Shown piece by piece: positions 12,122-25,435 of a stretch of 64,000 nucleotides of DNA. The DNA is from Balanoglossus misakiensis (lineage: Eukaryota > Animalia > Hemichordata). The position numbers and the translations under genes were made by a program. Numbering within the stretch: the first letter of the stretch is position 1; each line of letters starts with the position of its first letter. The notes beneath the pieces were generated by a model, which had not been told where the DNA came from, searched no databases, and worked only from the letters and a program-made list of their open reading frames with translations. The stretch lies in assembly GCA_040954595.2 (NCBI GenBank), contig CM082587.2:4172093-4236092 (forward strand). Direction: 5' to 3'.

Positions 12122-15100
12122 CTAGGGCACCACCCTGGCTTCATGCGGCTTTGGTATAACAACGGATACAGAGTCATCATAAATTCCTTTGATTCTCTTG
12201 TTTTGCGGATCAAACGGCGACTTCACATGGAAAGTGGCCGGGAATAATTCCCCCATGCTCTCTATCTGGTACTCGCCCTCTTTCAGATATGCGTTGTTGA
12301 CGACGCCACCTTCGGGATGGTGGACGTATCCATAGGCAATGGTTTTGCCCACTGCAAAGGCGAACTGCGCCGTTCGTATGAATCCCACGCTCTGACCGTT
12401 TCTCCAGATTCCCTCCAGACCGTGCATAGGAGTGTAGCTGTGGAGTTGAAAATGAGTGAAAGTCAGCGAAAGTCTGCTCAGGAAGGGACAGGTAGGATGG
12501 CCTGCAGAGTATGCACACAAGATCATAAGTCATTTTATCACAGATTATACTGGTTTTAATATGAGCACTTACCCATCAATGGTCAAGCAGGCCAATTTTT
12601 TCTTCAAGCCTTCCTTCTTTTGTCTCTCGAGAGCCTCTCTTCCCAGGAATGGTGTGTCCTTCTTCAGTTTACATGTGAAGGCCAGGTTGGCTTCCAAAGG
12701 TGTGTCGTCAATTCTCAAGTCAGCGTGCCAATGGCGATAACCTGTCAAACCAAAGTTGAATTAAAGCTTTAACAAAAACTTAGATAATATTTAAGTACCC
12801 TGGCTTAGGGTGTTATGTAGCATGATATATATCACCCTGACAGAGGGAATTATACATAGCCCGGTCAAGGAAATTTTGCACTCACCCTTTTCTGAACTGA
12901 GTGAATCAATAGCCCGGTAACCCGCGTTCGCAATTCCAAACTTGGCACCAGCCTCCATGATGGCCTGGTAGACAGGAACGCAAGAATCCTTTGGAATGTG
13001 CAGCTCCCAGCCGAGCTCTCCGACAAACGTGAGCCGTATGAGTCGAACCTGGTGACCGGCAACGGTTGCCAGCTTGTGTGTGGAGAAGGGGAAGTTGTCG
13101 TTGCTTAGATCTGTTGATGTCAGCTGCTGTAGAACTTCTCGGCTGCATTCAAACAAGGATGGAAAGAAACACAGTTTAAACGGAAGTTTCGGAAAGACTG
13201 GGTAATTACATACAAAACGAGGAAACCAATTGACTCACCTGTGAGGGCCTTGTACACTGAGCATGCCCATGTCCTCAGAGTGGTCAAACAATTCACACTT
13301 TAATCCCATGTCTTGGATGGTGGACAGAATATGCGAGTAGCTCTGCTGTGAGTTGCCGCCACCTGCTGCGATGTAAAATGCCACATCTGTTGGAGAGATG
13401 AATAGAACTGCATCTTTTAATACTAGTAGCTCGTTGCTGTGGTTACTGTATAAACCTGGCAACCCCATGGAAGATAACAAGAAAGCACAAACAAGTCAAA
13501 ACATATACTTCACAAAGGACTTGTAAGACGTACCATCAGACTTGGGTGCCAATACAGAGCTGCCATCGGTTGGTTCCAGTGTACTCACAGTCAAGTCACT
13601 CTCAACACCGCCAAGTTTATTACACATGCATGTGTAGACAGTGGCTCCTACAATCAGTAAAGAGAAGGAAGACATTAATTAAACAGAACAAATATAAAGT
13701 CACTGTTCATTTGTCAGTTTGAGCGAATATTACAACATACCTGCAGGTTTGGACATGTCATTGGTAAATATCCAGTCCACAGCTTTTTGTGCATCTGGCC
13801 CAACCAGATAGAATTTGCCAAAATATGACATATTGAAAACTGCTACCCTCTCACGACATGCTTTGACTTCCTCGCCAATCTATTTTACAAAAAAAGATAA
13901 AAAAGATTAAAGAAAGAATTACTGATGGACAGAGTGGCTGCAAACAAATAAAGTTTCTCATATCACCAATAGCAACCGATAAATCCATCCATATATGGTG
14001 ATAAGTTAACCAAATAGAGTAACAGCCAATCAAATGAACTGTTGCACTTACCAGATGGTGGTGTGGTGGCCACTCAAATGTGTACTCATCAGAAAGCCTA
14101 TTTTCATATTCATAATCGGTATGTCTGGTGGCGTCATACGATCCATAGTAGTCGTAGTCAAGAACCTGAAAATGACAGAGGGGAATATGTTAATTCAAAG
14201 TAGAGTCATAATCTGAAAATACCTTGGTTCGATCACAGGACAAGAGGTCCAACTCTGCTCTAGTAAAAACTGGTCAGGGCCAGACGGTCTGGTGCAATCA
14301 CAGCTGACGTCAACTGTCTGGTGCGAGTGAAGTTCAGAATATCAGAATTCAGAATGAATACTCACTGGGGCCGGTTTATCACTGAACCAGCCCGGTCTCT
14401 CCCACCCATGTCTTTCTTGGTAAACACAACCAGCATCTTGTAACACCTGAAATCAAATCATACATATAGAATAAATTCACTCACATCAACTACATGATTC
14501 ATTGTTGTGTAACACAGATGTACACATATAAAACAGTTGACATTCATTCTTAACATTACCTTGTGGAATGGATCATTTCTCATATTTCTGCCTGCGAGGG
14601 GCTCATCGTGGGGAAACACCATACTGTAGTTCTTAGCATAGGCTTCGTGGCTTCTGTCCTTCAACCACTTGGCATTGTCTGTCATGCTGTTTGGAAAGCG
14701 CCTATACCCAAGCAAAGAAATTATTCAGAAAGTTTGACATGGCAGTCACACAGCAATATGTCAGTTCGGAAGTTCTGAAAAAAATGACAGCTAGCCAATA
14801 TCCCTTTAAAATAAACTACCACTGAATCAATTAATGGCATGCTACAATAATTAAACTAAGAACTATCACAAAATTCACCACACTAACTCACCTGATGTCA
14901 TAGCCATACATGTCGAGTTCGGGTCTTCCGTGGACCACCCAGTGGGCTAACTCCTTACCACACCCACCACCAAGCATCATGCCACTGCTGTTAAAACCAC
15001 AGCCCAGGTAGAAACCCCTTACTTCAGGTGCTTCTCCCATCAGTGGCTTGTGGTCTGGAGTGAAGGATTCTGAACACACATCAACAAACAACTCATCAGT

Positions 15101-18100
15101 CACCATGGCAATTATTAAGATATATGACCAAACACATATAAACCCCTAGCTCTTTTTATTCTACAAACATATCAGATACTATAACCTTCCTAAGACATAC
15201 CTGGCCCACACACCGTAGATTTTATACCCGTTGTTTCGAGCGAAGGGACCCTGTTAATAGCACCTTCAACATGCTGCATGAAGACATCCCAATCCAGATC
15301 AAAAAGTGAGAATGCAAAGTCTGTTTTCACCTGTAGGAAAAAATTGTATCGATTTCAATTGGGTTACGTAGATGAAGCAGTATGCTGAACATTATTGTAA
15401 GGAAAAGGCATAACTTCTAATACAGTAAAATGTGACCACAGCACTTCCACAGCTACACTGCGTACCCTCGTACAAATAACTGCCACGGCAGCATTTGACT
15501 TACATCATCCCAGAAGATTGGATTTGGTTCGTATCCACCAATAGAGAGTGCGTCCCCCTGGATCTTCAGATAAACAGATGCATCATGGTCTCTGATGTTG
15601 GGCTTGTTCTGAATGCCTTCTATTCTCTCCGTCACTACATATGCATGTTTCATGGCCAACAGAGGAACTTTGACTCCTGCCATTGAGCCGAGCTGTGGGG
15701 CCCAGACACCTGGATAGTAACCAATGAACAGAGTTGGCATACATTTTCAAGACAATGCCATCTGTCACGATTTTGAACTCAGTTGTTGTCAAAATAACCA
15801 ATGAAATAAGAGCAAGACTGAGACTAGTGTCACCTGCACAGTTGATCACAACAGGTGTTCTGATGGTTCCTGACTCTGTCTTGACGGCCTTGACTCTCTT
15901 CACACCAAAGTCATCCTCCTGAATGTCGAAGCCCGTCACCGGACAGTTGGAAATCACCTGGAATCGCAAGGGGCAAGAATTAACTCAAAATTAAGGTCTA
16001 CCTGGCAAAGAATGACAGACGACAGATATGCAATATGTGACTACAGACCTTTGCTCCAGCGGCTGTTGCTGCCTTTGAAAACGCCATGCAGAGCCCTGCA
16101 GGGTCCACGGTGCCATCACCAGGGCTGTACAGCGTACCATACAGGTCATTTATATTCAACAAGGGATACACATCAAGACTTTCGGCTGGAGATAGGACAT
16201 GTGACTCAATTCCAAACGGTTTGCCCAGCTGAAAGAGAAAGAAATGTTTGAAATGTTGATTCATTTTTTGCATTGTAGTGAGAGTCTAATCGTTGGCATG
16301 GAGGTACCACTGTGCCCTATGATCAACAAGTACTGCTGTGAAGGCCCCAGGAAGCTCATTACTCACAGTGTGAAGTCGTTTGTATTCATCCAACCTCTCC
16401 TTGTTTGAAGCAATGAACAAACCACCATTGGTGATCCAACCTGTACTGATGCCAGTTTCTTCTTCAAGAACATCTTTGAAGAGATGTTGACTGTAATTCA
16501 GGATTTCGTTGTCAACATCGTTGGGTCGTAATCTCCACACTAAACCTAAAAATGAAAAAAAAAAATTATCGATCCACTGAAATATTCTGAATCTTCAGAG
16601 ATAGTATGGAAGTCAATCAGGTGATCGCTTTTGACCTAAGAAGCCTACATGTTTACACAAGTGCAGTCAGAAGGAGGTAAAAGATAGATATAACTGAAAT
16701 ATTTATTTAGTAGCAACTGGTGAATGAAAATAATCACCACAATCACCTTAGGTAACATTGAATTGTTTAAGAATTTGACTGCATGTTACATAAAGAGATT
16801 ATATCAAGGCATGGTATCATTTTGAAGTCAAAGTTCAACCATAGACAGTAGAGGTTTCAACATACTGTTTGTGGTTTGCAAATATCTGGAAATGCTAGCA
16901 TGTTACAGGAGACAGAACGAGAAAGAGTAGTTGATAATATGCCAACAAAAACTGAAGAAATAGTCCAAAGGACAAGAGAAAACACTCTATTGAATTGACA
17001 ATGATATCCTTAACTCTATACACGTAAACTGATAATATGAAACATGATGAAACATGCAATGTCATACGACCATTGTTTTCGTTTTAATTCTGCCATAACC
17101 TGTGATTTGAATATCAATAAATATTTAATGATGGAAAAAATAACTATTTATGTGAAAACACACAATGGTTTGAACTGGATATAACTCGGACTTGGAAGGA
17201 AATGATTGAGCTGTACAGAGTATAGAAATCCCTGATGCCAGTTGGAACTAGAACTGCATTTTAGGAAAGGACCAGCTAAACAGTTTTCTAAAAGACTCTG
17301 CAAAGTTTAACCCTTTCACCAACATGGTTTAGTCCAAACCCATTGTTTTCTACAGCAAAGTTGGACTTTCTAAAGAGGGAACTTGGGGGTGAAAGGGTTA
17401 AAGCAATCAAGGGGCTGGCTTGTTGTCTATAAGGTCATAGGTCAACACGACCTTGAAGCCCTCACAATGACCATCTGATTTATATCGATACTGACTGTCA
17501 AAAGCACAAGTGATTAAATGTGGTTATGATTTTCCAAAGTCTGTCACAAAACAAAGTGGTCTGCAAATTCCGCACGGTGTAATCTAAACTCCAGCACTTG
17601 ATCTGTCATTTGTCTTTGGTTGGCTTCTTCCCTTGTCACAATTTTGGCCCCACCCTTCTTTGCTTCATATACATAATACACCTAACCACAGATAGTGTAT
17701 ACTGTCTATGATCTAACCAAACTCCAACAATAACGACCATGTTTCATTGTTTGGTCGACAGTGGCATAAATCTTTATACTATATCTTTGCCACAGGTGAT
17801 GCTGTTATCATAGTATTTTGTTATCATGATTATCAAGTATACAAATTTATACAAACACTTTGACAGGAGCTGATGGGGGGGGGCAGATATCAAGGTCATA
17901 TGAATTCTACCAGTTTCAAAGCATATCTACAACTTTGGTGCAACAATTTTAGCCCAGGGGTCTTGGGGTGAGGGTTGGGGTGGGGTAGATTTGCATGCCC
18001 CCACCCTAACACCACGGACCCCGGGGCTACAACTGTTACTCTACTCATGATGTCATCACACTCTCGTTCAATAAGCGACCTGTGTATATTTCACCCGATT

Positions 18101-18445
18101 TCATTACAAACCTGCAGTGTGCCACGTTGTCCCCGAAGTGAGCTGATTTCTCTCCAGAAGTACGGCGTTTTTCACTCCCAACTTCGTCAAATGATAGAGC
18201 GTGCTACAGCCAACACTGCCGCCGCCAATGATCACCACATCGGCCGAATCTGGAACGGTCACCGGGGCGTCGGAACTGCCCGACTGCAAAGTCGTCTCGT
18301 ATGGAACGCCGCTAGACGTGTCGTCCTTGCTGGTTGACGAGTACCTGCGAGTGTTTTGGGCGGCGACAGTCCGACCACAGCCTCTCATCAGTTCTGAGAG
18401 TCGCTGTCTGACAAGACTGGGGTTCAACTTCAGAAGCATCGCCAT
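12122..18445 (-). CDS. SARDH: Mitochondrial sarcosine dehydrogenase, copy A, 16 coding exons, 936 aa
   Basis: Exons (minus) 18445-18112, 16545-16367, 16228-16049, 15957-15834, 15709-15504, 15330-15201, 15069-14892, 14701-14560, 14446-14366, 14165-14052, 13879-13741, 13647-13534, 13386-13239, 13142-12886, 12741-12573, 12437-12122; 2811 nt in frame. Arg-rich presequence, GGGSVG FAD fold, TWHTAG flavinylation His, [20 protein letters not shown] (GcvT-like folate domain). Confidence 0.96.
17307..17401. mobile_element. ~95-bp non-autonomous TIR element (piggyBac-like TTAA|CCC...GGG|TTAA), copy 1, SARDH-A intron 1
   Basis: TTAACCCTTTCACC ... GGTGAAAGGGTTAA inverted ends, internal TCCAAAC/TTGGAC arms; homologous copy at 32867-32959. 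Confidence 0.8.
17432..17444 (+). promoter_or_regulatory. Perfect DR1 nuclear-receptor element AGGTCA-T-AGGTCA in SARDH-A intron 1
   Basis: Exact consensus; CGACCTTGA follows a few nt downstream and a perfect TCAAGGTCA lies at 17890-17898. Function untested. Confidence 0.4.
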
Positions 18446-19093
18446 GTTCGTCGTAAGAAGAGATGTCCAACTTCAAGTTGCAGTCATGGATGCGACGCGT
18501 GTCACCGAACGTCGACGGCAAACTTTAAAAACTGAGAGACCGTGGATACTTGAATCTATGGAGAGACAGCTCCAACATATATCTATCCACTACGACAACT
18601 TACCAGCTGCATTAACGTTCTGCAACTTGTTCAAAACATATGCGATCGAATAACCCCCCGACCCCGCCTCCTGATACTGGGGTTAAGGGCCACGCCCCTT
18701 TCTTATCCATGGCTGTCATTGGTTGGACCATGGTTGGACAACCACTGGACTATCGTGCAATGTGATTGGTGAATACTTCGTGTGAAGTTTCAGGCTTTTG
18801 GGTTTCAGTTTATTTTAATGGAAATGGTCATATAATTGGAAATTTTGGTCATGGAGCGGAAAGCAAATATGAAATTGCATCATTTTGATGATTTTTCTCA
18901 TTTCAAAAAGGACTGGCCAGTTTCTGCAGCCTGTGCGGATTGGTAATTTGCAAATGAACCGACTACTTGCCCCCCACCCCTAAACTGAAGAAACTGGCCC
19001 ATTCCTTGCTGTACTCGTTTACGTTGTCACAGCACAGCCAGTGGTAGAAATTGGTAAAGGAGCTGGGGAACCCGGAACACGAGTAAAATAATC

Positions 19094-19136
19094 GTCACGT
19101 GACTCTCGGTGACCTTGCAGCCGCCTGTCAATCAAA
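19094..19136 (-). promoter_or_regulatory. SARDH-A upstream module: TGATTGACAG (PBX/PREP-type), 7 nt, CAAGGTCA, 8 nt, CACGTG (in GTCACGTGAC)
   Basis: Same three motifs, order, orientation and spacing as the module upstream of SARDH-B (52841-52882). Confidence 0.65.
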
Positions 19137-21818
19137 TCCTTGACAAGTTCTATTGAACAAATAGGTCAATGCACCGTTTCTTCAATGGGAGACAAGAAAA
19201 AAAAAAGTTGTCATCAAAGTTCACACAACGATAATTCATAAATGTTGATTAAAGATGTATAGATTTTACAATAAATTGTGGTGGACGTGGACGTATCCAA
19301 ACCGGATTTGGTTGTAAAAACAAGAAAAATAGTAGAGGTCCGTGTAAGAGGGCGTAAAACCTTTTTCACCTGTTTCAGACAAAATCTGTCTGTGTATGAC
19401 AAAAAGTTTTTGAATTAAGGGACTGTAATAATCACAACAACAACCACTGTAGTATTATTCAGGCTATAGTTTCTTTTTATTGAGTATGTTTTAGACCAAG
19501 CTAATAGACTTCTGTCCAGGTACAATGTGCATAGATAAATTTATAATACTTGCCAGCACCTATAGAGGGAAAAAATAATACAAAGAATATTTTTCTGGCT
19601 ATCTTCCCATGTCCGGATGATCATTGTCAAAAATATAATAAATACAGCACAAAGAAGGAAAGAGTTACAATTGGAACAAAAATAGAAACATTGTCATTTC
19701 AAATGTTATTCCCAATTCTCAAATATTATTGGCAAAATGTACATTTCTAGACCACATAATTAACCATAGAAAAGAAAAATTCTTAGGTATCTATTCGATT
19801 CATTGTCAAATATTTAATTGTTTCGGTCACCTACAGGAGAAGAGGTCAGTTTACAACATGACTGTCAAAATTATGGTTAAACAGGATTCAATTCTCACTA
19901 CCTTTAATATTTTGGGGGAAGGGGTGGGGTGAACATGTAAGTCTGAATACTCTGTGGTCAGACTTGTCTCTGGTAAATGTTGCAAAGCCCAGTAGCTGCA
20001 CCATTTTTTTAAAAATTAATCATCTAAATGTTAAGGCTTCACTGCAAAAACATATCTGTAATGCATTCTGGTGAGCTACTAATCATAAAGGAAAGGCATG
20101 CTCCTTCTGGGAAATGTCTCTTTCTAGTCTTAAATTAAAACTTTCACAATACAGTCCGCTGTTTTACGTTGTTGAAATTCAGAAATGAAAATTCTCCGCC
20201 ATCTATTTATAACTAAAGTCCAGATTAAATGCTATGTAGCAATACAATGAATTGTACATAATTATTTAGATATAAAGCTACAAAAATGCATGGTGAAAAG
20301 GCCAGATGATCTCAGGCCGGCAACAATGGACATAGCACTCGTCCCTGGGGGTGGGGTCTGCCTTTGATGAACTGGTGTGACATGTGATATCAGTGACCCT
20401 TCCCTTTGTGATAGACAGGTTTTCCTCTTCAGAATCATCCCTCACTGCCCTAAGGTATGTGTTGTTTTCAATTGAGAATTGAAAACCCCCACCACAGTGC
20501 CTCTTTTGTGGGATCCGGGTTGGTTGCCCCAAAGATCACCTGCGAGTGATCAGGGCACCGGCTGGGTGACACCCATCATCCTGGGGCGTGTATTTGGGTA
20601 GGGCCAACAGTGGATCCCGCACGACCTAGAGGTGTTTCTGAAACGTCAGACTAGAAGCACACACCCCAGACTTGGGGGTTGGTCAGAGAAAACCCAAACA
20701 ATCCAGACCCCTTTTCCCAGTCTCCCAGGCTGAATCTGGCCAATATGTACCTGCAAAATTTGACGTCTTTTTATCATCACACTGAACAAACAAAAAAATA
20801 AACAAGCACAGAAAACATTAAAACTTGAAACACTCATGTCAACATCTACACCTTTGAAAAAAATCTGATCTTTCTAAGCCCAGAAGCTAACGTGACCTTT
20901 CATAAAAATACAAGCTAGTACATATTTTCAATGTATATCTTCCTTGGGTAAATTTATTTTCCCAATTTTTAACGTTGACAATAACATAACTAATTGTTTG
21001 TTTAGATTTCATCTAAATACCTGAATGCAATTAACCCATTACACTTTACATACTAGAAATACACAGAGAGAAAAGAAACAAGCATTAGATTCTTTACAGT
21101 ACTAAACAGAAAATACAAAAAAAAAAAACAAGGAAAAAAAATCACCTACACTTCACAGCATCAGTAAGATTTTATCAACACAGGATTATGACTTCCCGCA
21201 GACATGCTGGCATTGGATTTTACACATATCTGTTTGTGTACACTTCCACTAAAAATAGGTGTCACAGTACGTGTGCAAAATATGCCTCTCTTTTACCGAT
21301 TTTCAGATAACATTTTTTTTCAGCTTTTCAATAGCAACTGCTCCATTATTTGCCTCCCAATGCCGGCAAAACAAACATTTGCAGGATGTTTTTTATCAGA
21401 GTTTAGGAATCTCATCAAAAAAATTGTGCCCCGTAGCTACACGCCTGCAGGGAAAACAACTCGGCTCGCTGTACTATGCTATGCTAGATTTTGGTGAAAA
21501 AAAGTTTACAACCCGCTAGGTGCGAATTCCTAGACGCAGCCCAATGCATATCACAAAGCCCCATTTCTTCATTCTTGTAAAAAGAGTACGAGAAAAACAC
21601 ACGGCTTTTTTTGTCCCTTGCGTCGATGACGGCCACTGAGGAGAAAACAAAAGTGGGCCAACCAGGACCGCCGATGATTTCCACGCCCGTTACACAATAC
21701 GACTGAAGCACTTGCACTGGCTCATGATACTTCTCCTTCTTGTGTGCCGAAGACTTCAATAAGTTTCATCCAACTTTTGGCTCAGGCTCCTCTGTCAGGA
21801 GCGGCGAGGTTCGTCTCG

Positions 21819-24800
21819 TCAGGTGTTCCGCTGCTGCTGCTGCTGTTGCTGCTGGAGAAGCTGTTCCAGCGGCGTCATTCCCGACAGAGATTGCGGACTG
21901 GACCAGATGGACTGTGAGGGAAGCAGAAGCACAGAGATTTTGTTTACCTCATATGGAAAAATCCATATACAGTTTTAATGTATACTGTCTTGCGGCGACG
22001 AGGATGCAAGGAATAAGTACTTACCTGGATGTTACTGGGTAACAGCGTGCTGGTGGGCGAGCTGGACAGCTGAGCTGTACTAGGAGATCCCCACGCTGTG
22101 TTTTCTGGGCCCCAGCCGAGCCCCAAGGTACTGCTGCTGCCAAAACTCTCTGGTAATGGAGAATGGCGAGGTGAAGTGTGAGAACTTGCAGAGCGACTGG
22201 AAAACGGTGACGAGGTCAAGTTTAGTCCTGTTGTTAAAGGAGAAATGTTTTAGCGCGAGGCATTCCGGATTAATTACACATCTGTTCAGGTGTATTTTTT
22301 CCCAACAAAGATGAACGCACTGTGCAAAGATACCGCGAGCATACATACCATCACTTTCACTTGCAGTCCAGGGAGAATTGAAGAGCGAGTAGGAGCCAGC
22401 CTTGGAATTGTCTCCAGTGGATACATTCAGATCAGACGCCGTGGGAAACAGGCTGGAACTACTACAATGTGATCAACAACAGTGGTGGGTTAAAAGATTG
22501 AATGCCCCCCCCCCCCCCCCCACAGGATTTCAGAAATAGAAAGGGTCCCCCACTGCCCCAACTCCCTAGGGCTAATCACACTGCAAATGTAACTACAGTA
22601 GTAGATGTTTACATACCTGGGTGTTTCTTGAAATCCAGGGAAGTTTTCCGTGGCGTTTGTAGAAATGATGGGAAATGACATAGCCAGTCTGGAAGGAGAT
22701 GGCCTGGGTTCTGGTGGTTCCTGGAATTACCCAAAAAAAATGCAGACATGTTTAAAGATTCATAAGCTTTATCTTGTTGTATTTTTCTAGCAATATGATT
22801 GTTTGAAATTGGAAGCACTGCACCTTATTTTAAACGGATTACAAAAGTGTGGCCACAGGAATCCACTGAACTCACCATGAACTTAGGAAACGGCATGTCA
22901 TCATCATTTTCTGTGAATTTCAAATCCCTCTCCAGCTGGTTGAAGTCTAGCATGTTTTCATCCGCCGGCTCTCGTGGGAAATCGGGTCTCTGTGCCTGCA
23001 GGTTCATGATGGTGGTGCCGTAGAGGGCCTGTTGAGAGGCGGAAATCACCGCTTCCATTTGCTGCAGGGTCATCTGCTGCAGATCCGCATCCGACGTTGG
23101 CATCTGCGGCAGGTTCATCATCCCCAGCTGGTTCGAGTATTGACCGGGGGCGAGGTTTTGGCCGGATGTGGGGACTTTCAACGAGCCCGGAGGCATGAAG
23201 CCGGGAAACATGGGCTGGTTTGGTGGCATCCGCTGTTCTGGCATCTGGTCCACCCTCTGCCCCATCATGGAGTCTCTCATCTGCGGCGGAATCATCTGCT
23301 GTCTGGGTGTCGCCTGTTTCTGAAGTTGCTGCTGCTGCTGCTGCTGTTGGAGGTACTGCAGCTGTTGGACATTCTGCTGTTGCTGTGGTTGTTGCTGCTG
23401 CTGCTGTTGTTGTTGGAGCGGGAGGTGTTGCTGTAGCTGTTGCTGCACGTGTTGCTGTTGAAGCTGATGTTGCAGGAACTGCTGTTGTTGCTGCTGCAGA
23501 TGTTGCTGCTGCTGTTGTAGTGCATGCTGCTGATGTTGTTGCTGTTGAGGCTGTTGCTGCATCATCTGTCCCGGCATCTGCTTACCGCTTTGTCCCATCA
23601 TGGGACTGACAAACGGATGAAGGCCTCCGGGTACGGACTGTTGTTGTTGCTGCTGCAGCTGCTGCTGCGATGGCTGGTTATGAGGCATGCCTGACATGAG
23701 CGTTGCCCTCTGCATTTGCGACAGAGGCTGCTGTCCCATGGATGGGTGCGGAACCGGCTGACGTGGCTGTCCGGCCACAGAACCGAACCCAGCTGCGTGC
23801 TGCATCACACCCTGCTGGGGATGTTGTTGTTGCTGCTGCTGCTGCAGTGACTGCTGGACATGTGCGTGCTGCATCTGTTCGTGCTGCTGTTGCTGCTCGT
23901 AATGCTGCCCAGACATCTGCATAGCTGCCTGCTGACCCATTTGGCGTCTGCTCTGCTTTGGTGACTGCTTCGGACTGTGGCCTGACATGACTGCGGGGGT
24001 GGGCATCTGTGATTTGCCATCTCCCCTGCCACCCCTGGTCTTCTGACCACCCCTTCCAGCGTCCTGGTTCCTCTTTGGTGACTTCTGGATCTCCTTTTTG
24101 TCCTCAACTATTTTGACAGTCTTCTCACCGTCCTTCTTTGGCATGGCCTGTGCGCAAGAGCAAAATAAACATATTTTGTAAACTGTTTTGTAAAAATACA
24201 CAATTTTACCATTGAAGTCACTTGGCTGAAACACACACTTATGGCAACCCCCAAAGTCACCATACAAACACCACACAGCCAAATATCACGTTTGCCACCC
24301 AAAAGAGTTGCTTACACATGCTGTATTAGATGCTACAATTTTGAATGTGACACAGTATCGTATATTTCACTCACTTGGACAGCCACACTCTGCATTTTAG
24401 TGTCAATCTTAATCTCGACTCTCCTCTCTGGAGACTTATGCAAAGCTGGTTGCGTGTTTTCTGGAACCTTCTGATCCACTACATTGGATTCTTTGAGTGG
24501 TTGAGTCGCATCTTTTTTGGCGTCAGTCTTGGGCTTTGTGGTACTCGCCGTCTTGGTTGTGGGGGCTGCCGGAAGTTGCGTCAGCATCAGCTCTGGTCTG
24601 TCCTCCTTCTGAACGGGGCTGTTGAATCGGATTTTCTTGACAGCGTTGGGTTTCCGTTCCATCTTCATGATACTGTGTGGGCATGAAGCACCATGGAACA
24701 AGTGTAGGCAATGATCAATGTAGGAATATAAGATAATGGCAAGAATAGAGAGTACCGGTCCACAAAATAACAGGAACAGTGTGTAATTACCTGGGGATAT

Positions 24801-25341
24801 TGTCACTCAACCACCTCCCATGTTCCAACAACCTTTCTATGCGTAATTTATTATGGACTTCTTCACTTATTTTTATCTTCTGTCCCTTGGCAAAATCCAG
24901 TGAGCTGTACAGAAAAAACAACACACATTGATTTGATAAATATATCGGTCAAGTAGTAAAATCTAGCAGGTTTGAATATAATCAATCACTTGCTTTTAGG
25001 AATGAGTGGAAATATTTTCATCACTTGAGGGCCCTGTCTACTGGTCTGATTTTTCTCTATGAGCCGGGATAAAGTCGACTACCACACGATCTTGAGGCAA
25101 TAAGTACTTTAGACGTGTCATGACTATACCCTAACATGCAGAGGATCTCTGCGATGTAGTTTTTACCTGTGAGCTTTTGCGAGTGGCATGAATCCTTGCA
25201 GGTTGAAGTCTTCTTGTGTGGGAAGATTGGTCATGCTTACTTCAACTTTGTCACGGTGTTGGATGACATTCATTATCTTGGCTAACTTTGGCCACACACT
25301 GTTTTGAGAGAGACATCATCACCATCATCATCATCTTCTTC

Positions 25342-25435
<94 letters not shown>

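Noticed and set aside
12122-18445. One copy being DMGDH or PDPR
   Set aside because: Both carry SARDH-type [18 protein letters not shown] and DYDYYG motifs and are far closer to each other than to those families.
21780-21821. SMG7 stop readthrough (UGA-C followed by small hairpins)
   Set aside because: A second in-frame TGA follows after 7 codons and no convincing SECIS was seen.
23032-23924. Poly-Leu, poly-Ala and poly-Ser/Asn ORFs
   Set aside because: Alternate-frame or antisense readings of the SMG7 CAG/CAA-rich exon.
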